A stretch of DNA of 64,000 bases, from positions 18,036 to 82,035 of the forward strand of contig RDZY01000016.1 of NCBI GenBank assembly GCA_004294135.1, read 5' to 3'. Under the pieces are notes generated by a model that was given only the letters and a program-made list of their open reading frames with translations, searched no databases and was not told the origin of the DNA. Origin of the DNA: Sphingobacteriia bacterium. GTDB taxonomy: Bacteria > Bacteroidota > Bacteroidia > Chitinophagales > Chitinophagaceae. How positions within the stretch are numbered: position 1 is the stretch's first letter; each line of letters starts with the position of its first letter. Made by a program: the position numbers and the translations under genes. Shown piece after piece: positions 10,826 to 19,287 of the stretch.

Positions 10826-11158
10826 AAAAACAGGTTGAGTCGGAAAGATAATAAAGAACCTGATTATGATAAAAATATTTGGATGAAAGGTTGGTCTGAA
10901 AACTTTTAGCTTTATATATATGATTTGTTGATGGCAATTATAATATAACCATTACTAGCGATTCTTAGGAACTGCCCTTTTTTATTTGTACTTTAGGCTA
11001 ATAATAGTGATAGAATCTATTACAGTTATTCACTCGGTTACAATATTTACCAAAGCAATGAATATGGTAGAATTTAAGTTTGCCTTGAGAGCAAAAAAAT
11101 ATTTGAAAAGAAATTGATATAAAAATAGTACCGCTATGCATTTAAAAATTTATCTAGA

Positions 11159-11803
11159 ATGAATATCATAAGTAAATTAAAGCAAAAGAAGTGGATAACT
11201 ATTTTTGTAATATACCTCAGGTATTTGATTGGTGGTGCAATGGTATTTTCATCTATTGTTAAAATAAAAGGCGAACGATTTACCTCTATGGATGGAATAA
11301 AGGAACCGATAAATAGTGCTTGGCATTTCTTTGAGACATTATATCAATCTGGAATTTATTGGAAGTTTATAGGCTGGGGTCAACTCATCGCAGGCTTACT
11401 GTTAATGACACAACTTTATGCTGCACTTGGTGCAGTAATGATGTTTCCAATCGTTATCAATATTTTCATCATTACCATCTCGTATTATTTTGCTTTTACT
11501 CCCGTAATTACAGGACTTTTATTGATAGCGAATATATTTCTCCTATTGTGGGATTATCAAAAACTATTACCATTACTTCAGCCAAATACTGTTCAAAAAA
11601 TCAATGCTGTTTTAATCAATAGAGAAATTGAAGCCAATAAGTTATGGTGTTACCTTGGCTTGCTGTTATTTCTTATAACGGTAATTTATATTCCATTATT
11701 TGAGAGAAATCCAGTCTATTGGTTTTTGATTTGTATTGTGCTTGGGCTTACAGGATTAATTATTTTTAACAAACAAGAAAAGCAGTTTATCAAGAAGAAT
11801 TAA
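11159..11803 (+). CDS. DoxX-like membrane protein
   Basis: Multiple TM helices; FFETLYQSGIYWKFIGWGQLIAGLLL pattern typical of Bacteroidota DoxX-like proteins. Confidence 0.7.
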   Translation: MNIISKLKQKKWITIFVIYLRYLIGGAMVFSSIVKIKGERFTSMDGIKEPINSAWHFFETLYQSGIYWKFIGWGQLIAGLLLMTQLYAALGAVMMFPIVINIFIITISYYFAFTPVITGLLLIANIFLLLWDYQKLLPLLQPNTVQKINAVLINREIEANKLWCYLGLLLFLITVIYIPLFERNPVYWFLICIVLGLTGLIIFNKQEKQFIKKN

Positions 11804-11805
11804 CT

Positions 11806-12183
11806 CTTTTTGATAAACTTCTTATAAAATAGCTTCAAAAAAATGAAATACTGCTGAATGAAGGAACCGTTTTTACTAAAGCATGATTTATATTATCAGG
11901 AGCTATTTATGAGTTTAAGTATAACAATATTGATGAAAATGTATTTGATTTGCATTGTGAAAATGACTGGTTTGTTGGTCATTTAATTTTTGTAACACAA
12001 AAGCCCTTAATTACAATAATAAAAGCCGATTGTGACGTATTGGAAATAAATATTGACTCAATTCATCAGTTAATTGCTCTGTCCCCTTCATTTCTGCGAT
12101 TGGGTAAAATTTTAGATACGGCAGTTTCCAGAACATATTATTTTGATAATGCATTAACACCTTATGAAAAATATGATACTTGA
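11806..12183 (+). pseudogene. Crp/Fnr (cNMP-binding) transcriptional regulator relic
   Basis: One frame reads LFDKLLIK*LQKNEILLNEGTVFTKA*FILSGAIYEF...ENDWF...LGKILD...TPYEKYDT*. It has TAG at 11830-11832 and TGA at 11884-11886, no start codon and no C-terminal HTH. Confidence 0.7.
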
Positions 12184-12709
12184 AAAATATTCATCAAACT
12201 GGGTTAATAATTTCACAGATATTAAGCGTGAAATCGAAAATGCCTTAAAAGGACTTACATTTACTATAGAACATATTGGGAGTACCGCTGTACCTAATTT
12301 GGACTCAAAACCAATAATAGACATTGATATTATCTACTACAATCAACAATACTTTGAAAAAATAAAATTGGCACTTGAAAAAAGCGGATATTATCATAAT
12401 GGTAATCAAGGAATTGAAGACCGAGATGTATTTAAACGGAAAGGCAAACTTAAAAATGAAATATTAGACACGGTAAAGCATCATCTTTATGTTTGCCTAA
12501 GTGAAAGTAAAGCATTAGAAAGACATATTTTATCCCGAGATTTTTTAAGAAAAAATGATTGGGCCAGAATAAAATATCAGCAAATGAAATACGAATTAGC
12601 TGAAAAAGCCAAGCAGAACAGAAAAGTGTATGCTGCTTTAAAAGAACTTAATGTTAATGATTTTATCGACTCAATTATAGCGGAAAAAAGCACACCCAAC
12701 AAGGTATAA
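12164..12709 (+). CDS. GrpB/UPF0157 nucleotidyltransferase-fold protein
   Basis: IEHIGSTAVPNLDSKPIIDIDI, HHLYVC and RDFLR...Y..K motifs. True start may be the ATG at 12173. Confidence 0.88.
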   Translation: MKNMILEKYSSNWVNNFTDIKREIENALKGLTFTIEHIGSTAVPNLDSKPIIDIDIIYYNQQYFEKIKLALEKSGYYHNGNQGIEDRDVFKRKGKLKNEILDTVKHHLYVCLSESKALERHILSRDFLRKNDWARIKYQQMKYELAEKAKQNRKVYAALKELNVNDFIDSIIAEKSTPNKV

Positions 12710-12730
12710 TATGTTTCTATAGTTATACAT
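12701..12730 (-). pseudogene. Truncated N-terminus of a putative HEPN (DUF86-like) toxin gene
   Basis: ATG at 12730 overlaps the MNT stop (ATGTATAA). It reads MYNYRNILYL and then runs into the 3' end of the convergent GrpB gene. Confidence 0.4.
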
Positions 12731-13022
12731 ATATCACATCTTTTTTTGCTCGCATCCAAATCACTTCATTCATTTTTCTTTTATTCACTAAATCAATTTT
12801 TAGGTCTGTTATTGCATTAAGGTCTCGTTGCAGCCCTAAATAATTATGTAGGTCTAAAAAAGTGTCTGGTAAGGTTTAGTACACTATATCTAAATCGCTA
12901 TTTGGTGTTTCTTCACCACGACTGTATAAGCCAAAAACCCCTAAAGAAACTAAAGGATATTTTGCTTTGAGTGCTGGCAGGTTTTTGTGTAGCGTTTGTA
13001 TTATTGAGTTCCTAGTTGCACT
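12723..13022 (-). pseudogene. Minimal nucleotidyltransferase (MNT) antitoxin relic
   Basis: Reads ATRNSIIQTLHKNLPALKAKYPLVSLGVFGLYSRGEETPNSDLDIVY*TLPDTFLDLHNYLGLQRDLNAITDLKIDLVNKRKMNEVIWMRAKKDVIYV*. In-frame TAA at 12876-12878, GS motif changed to GL, no ATG. Absent from the ORF track. Confidence 0.8.
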
Positions 13023-13063
13023 AAAAGAGCAGCTACAAACTTCCGTTCATAACTGCTCTTTTT
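13023..13063 (-). terminator. Intrinsic terminator after tRNA-Ile2
   Basis: AAAAGAGCAG ... CTGCTCTTTT stem with T-runs. Confidence 0.75.
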
Positions 13064-13066
13064 ATG

Positions 13067-13140
13067 TGGGCCCACCTGGGCATGATCCAGGGACCCCCTG
13101 ATTATGAGTCAGGTGCTCTAACCAACTGAGCTATAGGCCC
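13067..13140 (-). tRNA. tRNA-Ile2 (anticodon CAT, lysidine-modified type); CCA not encoded
   Basis: GGGCCTA TA GCTC AGTTGGTTA GAGC A CCTGA CTCATAA TCAGG GGGTC CCTGG ATCATGC CCAGG TGGGCCC A folds as a cloverleaf. C4-G69 and C5-G68 (TilS determinants) favour Ile2 over Met. Confidence 0.9.
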
Positions 13141-13169
13141 AAAGAACATTGCTGTTCTTATAAGGGCGG

Positions 13170-13177
13170 CAAAAATA
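13170..13177 (-). promoter_or_regulatory. -7 promoter element (TATTTTTG) for tRNA-Ile2
   Basis: Exact TAnnTTTG about 30 nt upstream of the tRNA. Confidence 0.65.
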
Positions 13178-13251
13178 ATGAAATAATTCTTTTATATATT
13201 TCTTTTTCTTGATTTTTGTAAAAGCTTTCAATCAGATAATACCGTTTATAA

Positions 13252-14370
13252 ATGAAAAAATATACAATTACCGTCCTTGTTTTATTATTCAATACTGCGC
13301 TTTTCTGCCAGCCCTCTTACAAAATGATTATTGGCACTTATACCCATTCGGGTAATAGTGAAGGCATTTATACCTTCCAATTCAATACCAAAGATGGTAG
13401 CGCTTTGCCACTGGGCAAGCAAGCCACTCCCAATCCCTCTTTTCTAATTAGTTCTATTAATCAACAAATTATTTATTCCGTAAATGAACAAGCCAATACT
13501 GGCACTGTAACTGCTTTTAAACTCAATACTAAGGCCGATTCCTTAACACAACTCAACACTGTAGCTACTGGCGGCGACCATCCCTGCTATTTGGCCAGCG
13601 ACCGTAATAATCGCTTTCTATTTGTTTCTAATTACACTGGTGGTAGTTTTTCTGCAATCCCCTTAAAAGCAGATGGAATACTGGACACCTCAATTCAAAC
13701 CATTCAACACATTGGCAAAAGCATCATTATTGGGCGACAAGAAAGTCCACACGTTCATTCTACCGTTTTATCTCCCAATGAAAAATATTTACTGGTGCAA
13801 GATTTGGGTACCGATAAAATAAGCGTTTATCAAGTTGATCTGAACAAAATCATCAACCCTATTGATTCTTCACCCATCCATATTTTTAATTGCAAACCAG
13901 GAAGCGGTCCCCGTCACCTCATTTTTCATCCTACCTATAAACTCGCTTATGCGGTTCAAGAATTAAGCGGCGCTGTTACCGTAATGTCTTTTAAAAACGG
14001 AAGGCTAAAGCAAATACAGGAAATTAGTATGATTCCTACCAGCTCGAAGGGAAAAGCGGGTGCTGCTGACATTCATATATCACCCGATGGAGCATTTCTT
14101 TATGCTTCTAATAGGGGTGATTTTAATGAGCTTGCTATTTATAAAATTAATAAGAATGGAACCCTTAGCCATATTGCTACCCAATCTACTTTGGGCAAAA
14201 CACCGAGAAATTTCGCCATCGACCCGAGTGGTAAATTTTTGCTGATTGCCAATCAAAACTCCAATGAAATTGTGGTTTTCGATAGAAATAAAACAACAGG
14301 ATTAATCAGCCACAATGGCCAAAGAATTAAAGTGGGCAGCCCCATCTGCATTCAATTTTTAAAAAATTAA
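13252..14370 (+). CDS. Lactonase family 7-bladed beta-propeller (6-phosphogluconolactonase-like), exported
   Basis: Signal peptide; IGTYT, NPSFL, HPCYL, NYTGG, PHVHS, GPRH, YASNRG and PRNF motifs. Confidence 0.9.
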   Translation: MKKYTITVLVLLFNTALFCQPSYKMIIGTYTHSGNSEGIYTFQFNTKDGSALPLGKQATPNPSFLISSINQQIIYSVNEQANTGTVTAFKLNTKADSLTQLNTVATGGDHPCYLASDRNNRFLFVSNYTGGSFSAIPLKADGILDTSIQTIQHIGKSIIIGRQESPHVHSTVLSPNEKYLLVQDLGTDKISVYQVDLNKIINPIDSSPIHIFNCKPGSGPRHLIFHPTYKLAYAVQELSGAVTVMSFKNGRLKQIQEISMIPTSSKGKAGAADIHISPDGAFLYASNRGDFNELAIYKINKNGTLSHIATQSTLGKTPRNFAIDPSGKFLLIANQNSNEIVVFDRNKTTGLISHNGQRIKVGSPICIQFLKN

Positions 14371-14374
14371 CTCC

Positions 14375-15631
14375 CTATCTCCTATGTTGAATAGGCCTAC
14401 CACCACTGCGCCCATTCCCTCCAGGTTTTGAGCCACCTCCTCCTCCACTTCTTCTAGCTCCTCCACCCTTATGCGATTTTGGTGCATATTCGGGTACAGG
14501 TCCAAATTGTTCAGGTATGGGTAATTTAACTACCTGCTTACCCAGTAAATCTTCAATAGCAGCAAATTTTCTTTGCTCTGCTTCGCTGATAAATGTGATG
14601 GCAGTACCCTTGGTTTCAGCACGAGCTGTTCTACCAATACGGTGAATATAGTCTTCCCCATCATTGGGTACATCATAATTAATTACCAACTCAATTTCTT
14701 CAATATCAATACCCCGACTAAGGATATCTGTTGCTACCAGTATGCGCAATTTTCTATTTCTAAAATCTTGCATTACTTGCTCACGCTTTTCTTGAAGTAG
14801 GTCTGAATGAATTTCTTCTGCTAAAAATTTCGCACGCTTTAAATCGGATGTAAGTTGTTTTACATTTTGTTTCTTAGAACAGAAAATTATGACACGCGTA
14901 AATTCTTTGGTATTCAGCACGTATTTAATCAGCGGAATTTTTTGTGGCTCATATACCACAAATGCTTCTTGTACAATCTTCTCTGGAGGTTTGGAAACAG
15001 CTATATTAATTTCTACTGGCTGGTGCAACAATTTTCTTGCTAGCTCTCTCATTTTCTGTGGCATGGTTGCCGAGAATAATAAATTCTGCCGCTCTTTAGG
15101 AAGAAATGAAATGATCTTCATAATATCATCATTAAAGCCCATATCTAGCATCCTATCTGCTTCATCCAATACCAAATACTTCACCTGCTGCATTTTTACA
15201 TAACCCATATTTAAATGCGCAATCATTCTGCCAGGTGTGCATACCACCATATCTACTCCACTGCTCAATGCCTTTTTCTCTGCTATAAATGAGCCCCCAT
15301 CACCTCCTCCATATACGGCAATACAACTCACATCGGTAAAATATCCCAGCCCTTCCATGGTTTCTGCAATCTGAATGGCCAATTCACGGGTGGGCACAAT
15401 AATTAAAGCATTGATATGATTGGCCGCATGCTGCTCTGTAAGTATTTTATGGACTATTGGCAATAAAAAGGCAGCTGTTTTACCAGTACCTGTTTGCGCA
15501 GAAGCTATAATATCCTTACCTGCTAAAATGGGCTGGATAACTTGAGATTGAACAGGAGTAGCTGTTTCATATCCCATTGCGTCAATACCTTCTAATAATC
15601 TTTCTTCTAATCCGAGTTCTCTAAAATTCAA
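14375..15631 (-). CDS. DEAD-box RNA helicase
   Basis: Q motif, AQTGTGKT, PTRELA, DEAD, SAT and HRIGRTAR; Gly/Arg-rich tail; TTG start. Confidence 0.95.
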   Translation of the reverse strand: MNFRELGLEERLLEGIDAMGYETATPVQSQVIQPILAGKDIIASAQTGTGKTAAFLLPIVHKILTEQHAANHINALIIVPTRELAIQIAETMEGLGYFTDVSCIAVYGGGDGGSFIAEKKALSSGVDMVVCTPGRMIAHLNMGYVKMQQVKYLVLDEADRMLDMGFNDDIMKIISFLPKERQNLLFSATMPQKMRELARKLLHQPVEINIAVSKPPEKIVQEAFVVYEPQKIPLIKYVLNTKEFTRVIIFCSKKQNVKQLTSDLKRAKFLAEEIHSDLLQEKREQVMQDFRNRKLRILVATDILSRGIDIEEIELVINYDVPNDGEDYIHRIGRTARAETKGTAITFISEAEQRKFAAIEDLLGKQVVKLPIPEQFGPVPEYAPKSHKGGGARRSGGGGGSKPGGNGRSGGRPIQHRR

Positions 15632-15688
15632 AGTAATAATAAGTTAATAACCGCTTTATGCGGACAGTAAATAATAAAAATCTTCCGC

Positions 15689-16477
15689 TCAAGACAGGGC
15701 AATAATTTCTTTGTGAAGTATCTCTTTGGCCAATTCGAAATATTTTTTAAAGAGGTTAAGCGTTGGAAGAATCGTGTCTAAGTTAATTAGCTTTTTTGCA
15801 TTTACTTCCATCGTATTTGCAAGTGTATGCATTTCATGTACCCGAACCACACTTAATGATGATTTTGCGTAGTGGGCAGATTTATATAAGTTTTCCCAAT
15901 CCTTTGCGGCTAAGTTTTCTTCTATCTTTTGGATAGATTCGGGCATACTTTCTAAAAACATATTGATGATGGTGGTCTTGTATTCATTATCATCTTCTGC
16001 CAGTTCATGCAACATTTCTAAATCAACAACTACTGAATCAACAGATTCAGGTAGTGGTATACCATTATTATCTGATTGTGTTTTTGCTGGTGCTGAATAA
16101 AAAATCTCATCCAAAGTTTTATAGAGGGCATCTAAACCAAATGGTTTTGCAAGGCATCCATTCATTCCTATCTTGGTAAATTTATCGGTCTCGGTTCTAC
16201 TACTCCATCCCGTCATAGCAATAATGGGAATGCTTTGGTTGATTTCAGCACGGATAATTTGGGTAGCTTCAAAACCATCCATTTCTGGCATATTAATATC
16301 CATCAAAATAAGGTCGTATTTACCCTCTTTGAGCATTTCTATGGCTTCCTGTCCATTCCCAGCAATATCAAATACAGCACCCGTAGTATTAAGCGAATGT
16401 GTAATGAGTTTTTGGTTTACAAAATCATCTTCCGCAACTAATATTCGTTTACCCTTTAAAAAATCGGTGTTCATCAA
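15689..16477 (-). CDS. Response regulator receiver domain fused to an HPt domain
   Basis: ILVAEDD, DLILMDINMPEMDG and LAKP receiver motifs; C-terminal AHYAKSS (HxxKS) HPt motif. Confidence 0.85.
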   Translation of the reverse strand: MMNTDFLKGKRILVAEDDFVNQKLITHSLNTTGAVFDIAGNGQEAIEMLKEGKYDLILMDINMPEMDGFEATQIIRAEINQSIPIIAMTGWSSRTETDKFTKIGMNGCLAKPFGLDALYKTLDEIFYSAPAKTQSDNNGIPLPESVDSVVVDLEMLHELAEDDNEYKTTIINMFLESMPESIQKIEENLAAKDWENLYKSAHYAKSSLSVVRVHEMHTLANTMEVNAKKLINLDTILPTLNLFKKYFELAKEILHKEIIALS

Positions 16478-16606
16478 TCATTTTTTTAGCTTCCAAGAGG
16501 TATAAATATAGAGCATATACCCGTTTTGCACCGAATTTAATCAAAATGAAGGGCATTACAACCCTTTTTGACTAATTTTTAACCAATAAGATGGCTTCAT
16601 TTTGAT

Positions 16607-16614
16607 TATTTTTG
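16607..16614 (+). promoter_or_regulatory. -7 promoter element (TATTTTTG)
   Basis: Lies inside the ORF-track 5' extension, supporting the true start at ATG 16653. Confidence 0.55.
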
Positions 16615-16652
16615 CCTTCCTGCAAGGGAGATTAATCTTGCAACTAACCAAA

Positions 16653-17387
16653 ATGAAAAAAATATTCTTATTGCTTACGGTACTGATTGGTGTGGCTGCA
16701 ACAGCTCAAACTACGGATACTAAGAAAAAAGATTGGAGTAAAATTGACCTCAGCAATCGATCCAAAGATCATTTTATGATTCAATATGGCATTGATAAAT
16801 GGACCAATAGACCCGATAGTGTTAGAACAGGTAATGGGCTTAGCAGGCATTTTAACCTGTATTTTATGCTCGATAAACCCTTTAAATCCAATCCGAAAAT
16901 GAGCCTTGGATTTGGCGTTGGAATTGGTTCTAGCAATATTTTCTTCAACAATGTAAACGTAGATATAAAGTCAACCGCCGCTAGACTACCCTTTACCATT
17001 GCTGATAGTATGAATCACTTTAATAAATTCAAAGTCACTAATATTTATTTAGAAGTTCCTGTTGAGTTACGCTATTTTTCAAATCCTGCTAACCCCAATG
17101 CATCTTGGAAATTTGCAATTGGTGCTAAAATAGGGACCCTACTAAAATCGTTTACCAAAGGGAAAGATTTGGTAAATAGACAAGGTCAATCTCTTTATGG
17201 CAAAAATTATATCCAAAAAGAATCTAGCAAAAGATTTTTTAACGGAACGCCCATTGCCATTACAGGCAGGGTGGGCTATGGCATTGTTTCTTTACACGGC
17301 AGCTACCAAGTTACCAGTGTATTAAGAGAAGGATTTGGCGCAGATATGAATCGATTTACGGTGGGCTTTACCATCAGTGGATTATAA
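16653..17387 (+). CDS. Outer-membrane beta-barrel protein (PorT-like family)
   Basis: MKKIFLLLTVLIG signal peptide; LEVPVELRY and GAKIG alternating beta-strand patterns. Start reassigned from 16602. Confidence 0.75.
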   Translation: MKKIFLLLTVLIGVAATAQTTDTKKKDWSKIDLSNRSKDHFMIQYGIDKWTNRPDSVRTGNGLSRHFNLYFMLDKPFKSNPKMSLGFGVGIGSSNIFFNNVNVDIKSTAARLPFTIADSMNHFNKFKVTNIYLEVPVELRYFSNPANPNASWKFAIGAKIGTLLKSFTKGKDLVNRQGQSLYGKNYIQKESSKRFFNGTPIAITGRVGYGIVSLHGSYQVTSVLREGFGADMNRFTVGFTISGL

Positions 17388-17404
17388 TATTCAATAAAAC
17401 TACT

Positions 17405-17436
17405 ACAAAGCCCCTTTGCCAGCAAAGGGGCTTTGT
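17405..17436 (+). terminator. Intrinsic terminator-like hairpin
   Basis: Perfect inverted repeat ACAAAGCCCCTTTGC / GCAAAGGGGCTTTGT. Confidence 0.75.
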
Positions 17437-17479
17437 GTTTAAGACGGGTTGAAAGATTAACTTTGTAAAAATTGATGGA

Positions 17480-18667
17480 TTGATAGAGAAAAAAAAACTG
17501 ATTTCACAGGAAGAACACGCAGTGCTGGTGGGGGTAATACTAAAAAACCAAACCACGGAGCAGTCCACCGAATATTTAGATGAACTGGCTTTTTTATCGG
17601 AAACGGCTGGTGCTATTGCCGTGAAAAGATTTACGCAGCGGCTGCCACATCCAGATAGTAGAACCTTTGTTGGCAAGGGTAAGCTGGACGAAATAAAACA
17701 ATACCTAAACGGAAAAAATATTTCCTTGGTTATTTTTGATGATGAACTCACTGGCTCTCAAATTTCTAATATTGAAAAAGAATTGCAGGTAAAAACCATT
17801 GACCGCAGTGATCTGATTCTAGATATTTTTGCCAGCAGAGCCAGAACCGCACAAGCCAAAGTACAGGTAGAACTGGCACAGTATCAATACTTACTTCCCC
17901 GCTTAAAAGGTATGTGGAAACACTTGGAACGCCAAGGTGGAGGTATTGGCACAAGGGGGCCGGGGGAAACGGAAATAGAGACCGACAGACGTATTGTAAA
18001 AGATAAAATAACCTTGCTGCGTAAGCGTTTGAGCGAGATTGACAAACAAGCATTTACGCAACGAAAAGAACGCGGGGAGCTTATTAGAGTAGCATTAGTA
18101 GGCTATACCAATGTTGGTAAAAGCACTTTAATGACCATATTGAGCAAGAGTGAGGTTTTTGCAGAGAATAAATTATTCGCCACACTAGATACCACCACCC
18201 GTAAAGTAGTTTTTGAAAATACCCCTTTTCTGCTGAGTGATACAGTAGGATTTATTCGCAAGCTTCCGCATCACTTGGTAGAAAGTTTTAAAAGCACGCT
18301 TGATGAAGTGCGTGAAGCTGATATTTTATTGCATGTGGTAGATACTTCACATCCGCATTATGAGGATCAGATAGGTGTAGTAAACAAGACTTTACAAGAA
18401 TTAAAAGCATTTGAAAAGCCCATCCTCACTATTTTTAATAAGATGGATTTATACCAAGAGCGCACTTTTGATGAATGGCTGGAAGATGAGGTAAAGCAAG
18501 AATTACTGAGGGAGTTGAAAGAAAAATGGGAGGATCTTACTGGTGGAAACTGCGTATTTGTGTCTGCATCTGAAAAAATGAATCTAGATGCGCTGAGAGA
18601 GCTTATATTGGAACGTGTGAAGAATATATCTAAAGTAAGATACCCTTATAAGACCATGCTTTATTAA
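17480..18667 (+). CDS. hflX: GTPase HflX
   Basis: GGGIGTRGPGETEIETDRR, GYTNVGKST, LFATLDTT, DTVGFI and NKMD. TAACTTTG promoter at 17458-17465. Confidence 0.97.
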   Translation: MIEKKKLISQEEHAVLVGVILKNQTTEQSTEYLDELAFLSETAGAIAVKRFTQRLPHPDSRTFVGKGKLDEIKQYLNGKNISLVIFDDELTGSQISNIEKELQVKTIDRSDLILDIFASRARTAQAKVQVELAQYQYLLPRLKGMWKHLERQGGGIGTRGPGETEIETDRRIVKDKITLLRKRLSEIDKQAFTQRKERGELIRVALVGYTNVGKSTLMTILSKSEVFAENKLFATLDTTTRKVVFENTPFLLSDTVGFIRKLPHHLVESFKSTLDEVREADILLHVVDTSHPHYEDQIGVVNKTLQELKAFEKPILTIFNKMDLYQERTFDEWLEDEVKQELLRELKEKWEDLTGGNCVFVSASEKMNLDALRELILERVKNISKVRYPYKTMLY

Positions 18668-18680
18668 TATAATTTATTGT

Positions 18681-19031
18681 ATGGAACAATCATTGAATTG
18701 GATTAAAATTGCAGTAACAGTAGCGGAACTCTCGTGGCAAAATAACCAGATGGCGATTGTGGAAGCTGATGGAAAAAAACTTACCCTAGCACAATACAAG
18801 AACCAGATTTATGCTTTTGCGCATAAATGCCCGCATGCCAGTGGAATTATGGCAGATGGTTTTATTGATGAAACTGGCAAGGTAGTATGTCCTTTGCATA
18901 GGTATAAATTTTCGATAGAAAACGGCAGAAATACCAGTGGAGAAGGGTATTATTTAAGAACCTATCCAGTAAAACAGGACGAGACAGGGGTATATATTGG
19001 ATTTAAGCAAACTAGTTTCTTTAATTTCTGA
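18681..19031 (+). CDS. Rieske [2Fe-2S] ferredoxin
   Basis: CPH (KCPHASG) and CPLH Rieske ligand motifs. Confidence 0.9.
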   Translation: MEQSLNWIKIAVTVAELSWQNNQMAIVEADGKKLTLAQYKNQIYAFAHKCPHASGIMADGFIDETGKVVCPLHRYKFSIENGRNTSGEGYYLRTYPVKQDETGVYIGFKQTSFFNF

Positions 19032-19062
19032 TGTAATTTTTTTGTAAGCAAGCGGAAACCCC

Positions 19063-19070
19063 TATTTTTG
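19063..19070 (+). promoter_or_regulatory. -7 promoter element (TATTTTTG) for tRNA-Asn
   Basis: Exact TAnnTTTG 19 nt upstream of the tRNA. Confidence 0.65.
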
Positions 19071-19089
19071 CAACCCCGAAAGGGGAAAT

Positions 19090-19163
19090 TCCTCCTTAGC
19101 TCAGTTGGTTAGAGCATCTGACTGTTAATCAGAGGGTCGTCTGTTCAAGTCAGACAGGGGGAG
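19090..19163 (+). tRNA. tRNA-Asn (GTT); CCA not encoded
   Basis: TCCTCCT..GCTCAGTTGGTTAGAGC..TCTGA CTGTTAA TCAGA..GTCTG TTCAAGT CAGAC AGGGGGA G cloverleaf. Confidence 0.96.
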
Positions 19164-19174
19164 CGTTGAAAATC

Positions 19175-19204
19175 AAAGGGTTACAAAAATGTAGCCCTTT
19201 TTTT
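19175..19204 (+). terminator. Intrinsic terminator after tRNA-Asn
   Basis: AAAGGGTTACA aaaa TGTAGCCCTTT followed by a T-run. Confidence 0.8.
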
Positions 19205-19213
19205 ATTTTTTAA

Positions 19214-19233
19214 TACGTCACATTTACGTCACA
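19214..19233. repeat. Direct repeat TACGTCACA x2, 11-bp period
   Basis: Copies at 19214-19222 and 19225-19233. Confidence 0.8.
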
Positions 19234-19287
19234 AATGGGGTTTTAACGGATTTATTTTCCTGTTTGCACGCTCGTCTTTTTTGAGAC

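Noticed and set aside
10826-11158. Possible coding remnants in the 330-bp spacer (e.g. RIYYSYSLGYNIYQSNEYGRI*)
   Set aside because: Short, stop-ridden and not assignable to any family.
10826-13140. Intact tRNA-anchored genomic island with attL/attR
   Set aside because: I found no second copy of the tRNA-Ile2 3' end and no integrase, so only decayed cargo is reported.
13067-13140. Calling the CAT-anticodon tRNA a tRNA-Met
   Set aside because: It lacks the fMet C1:A72 mismatch and the three G-C anticodon-stem pairs. Its C4-G69/C5-G68 pairs fit Ile2.
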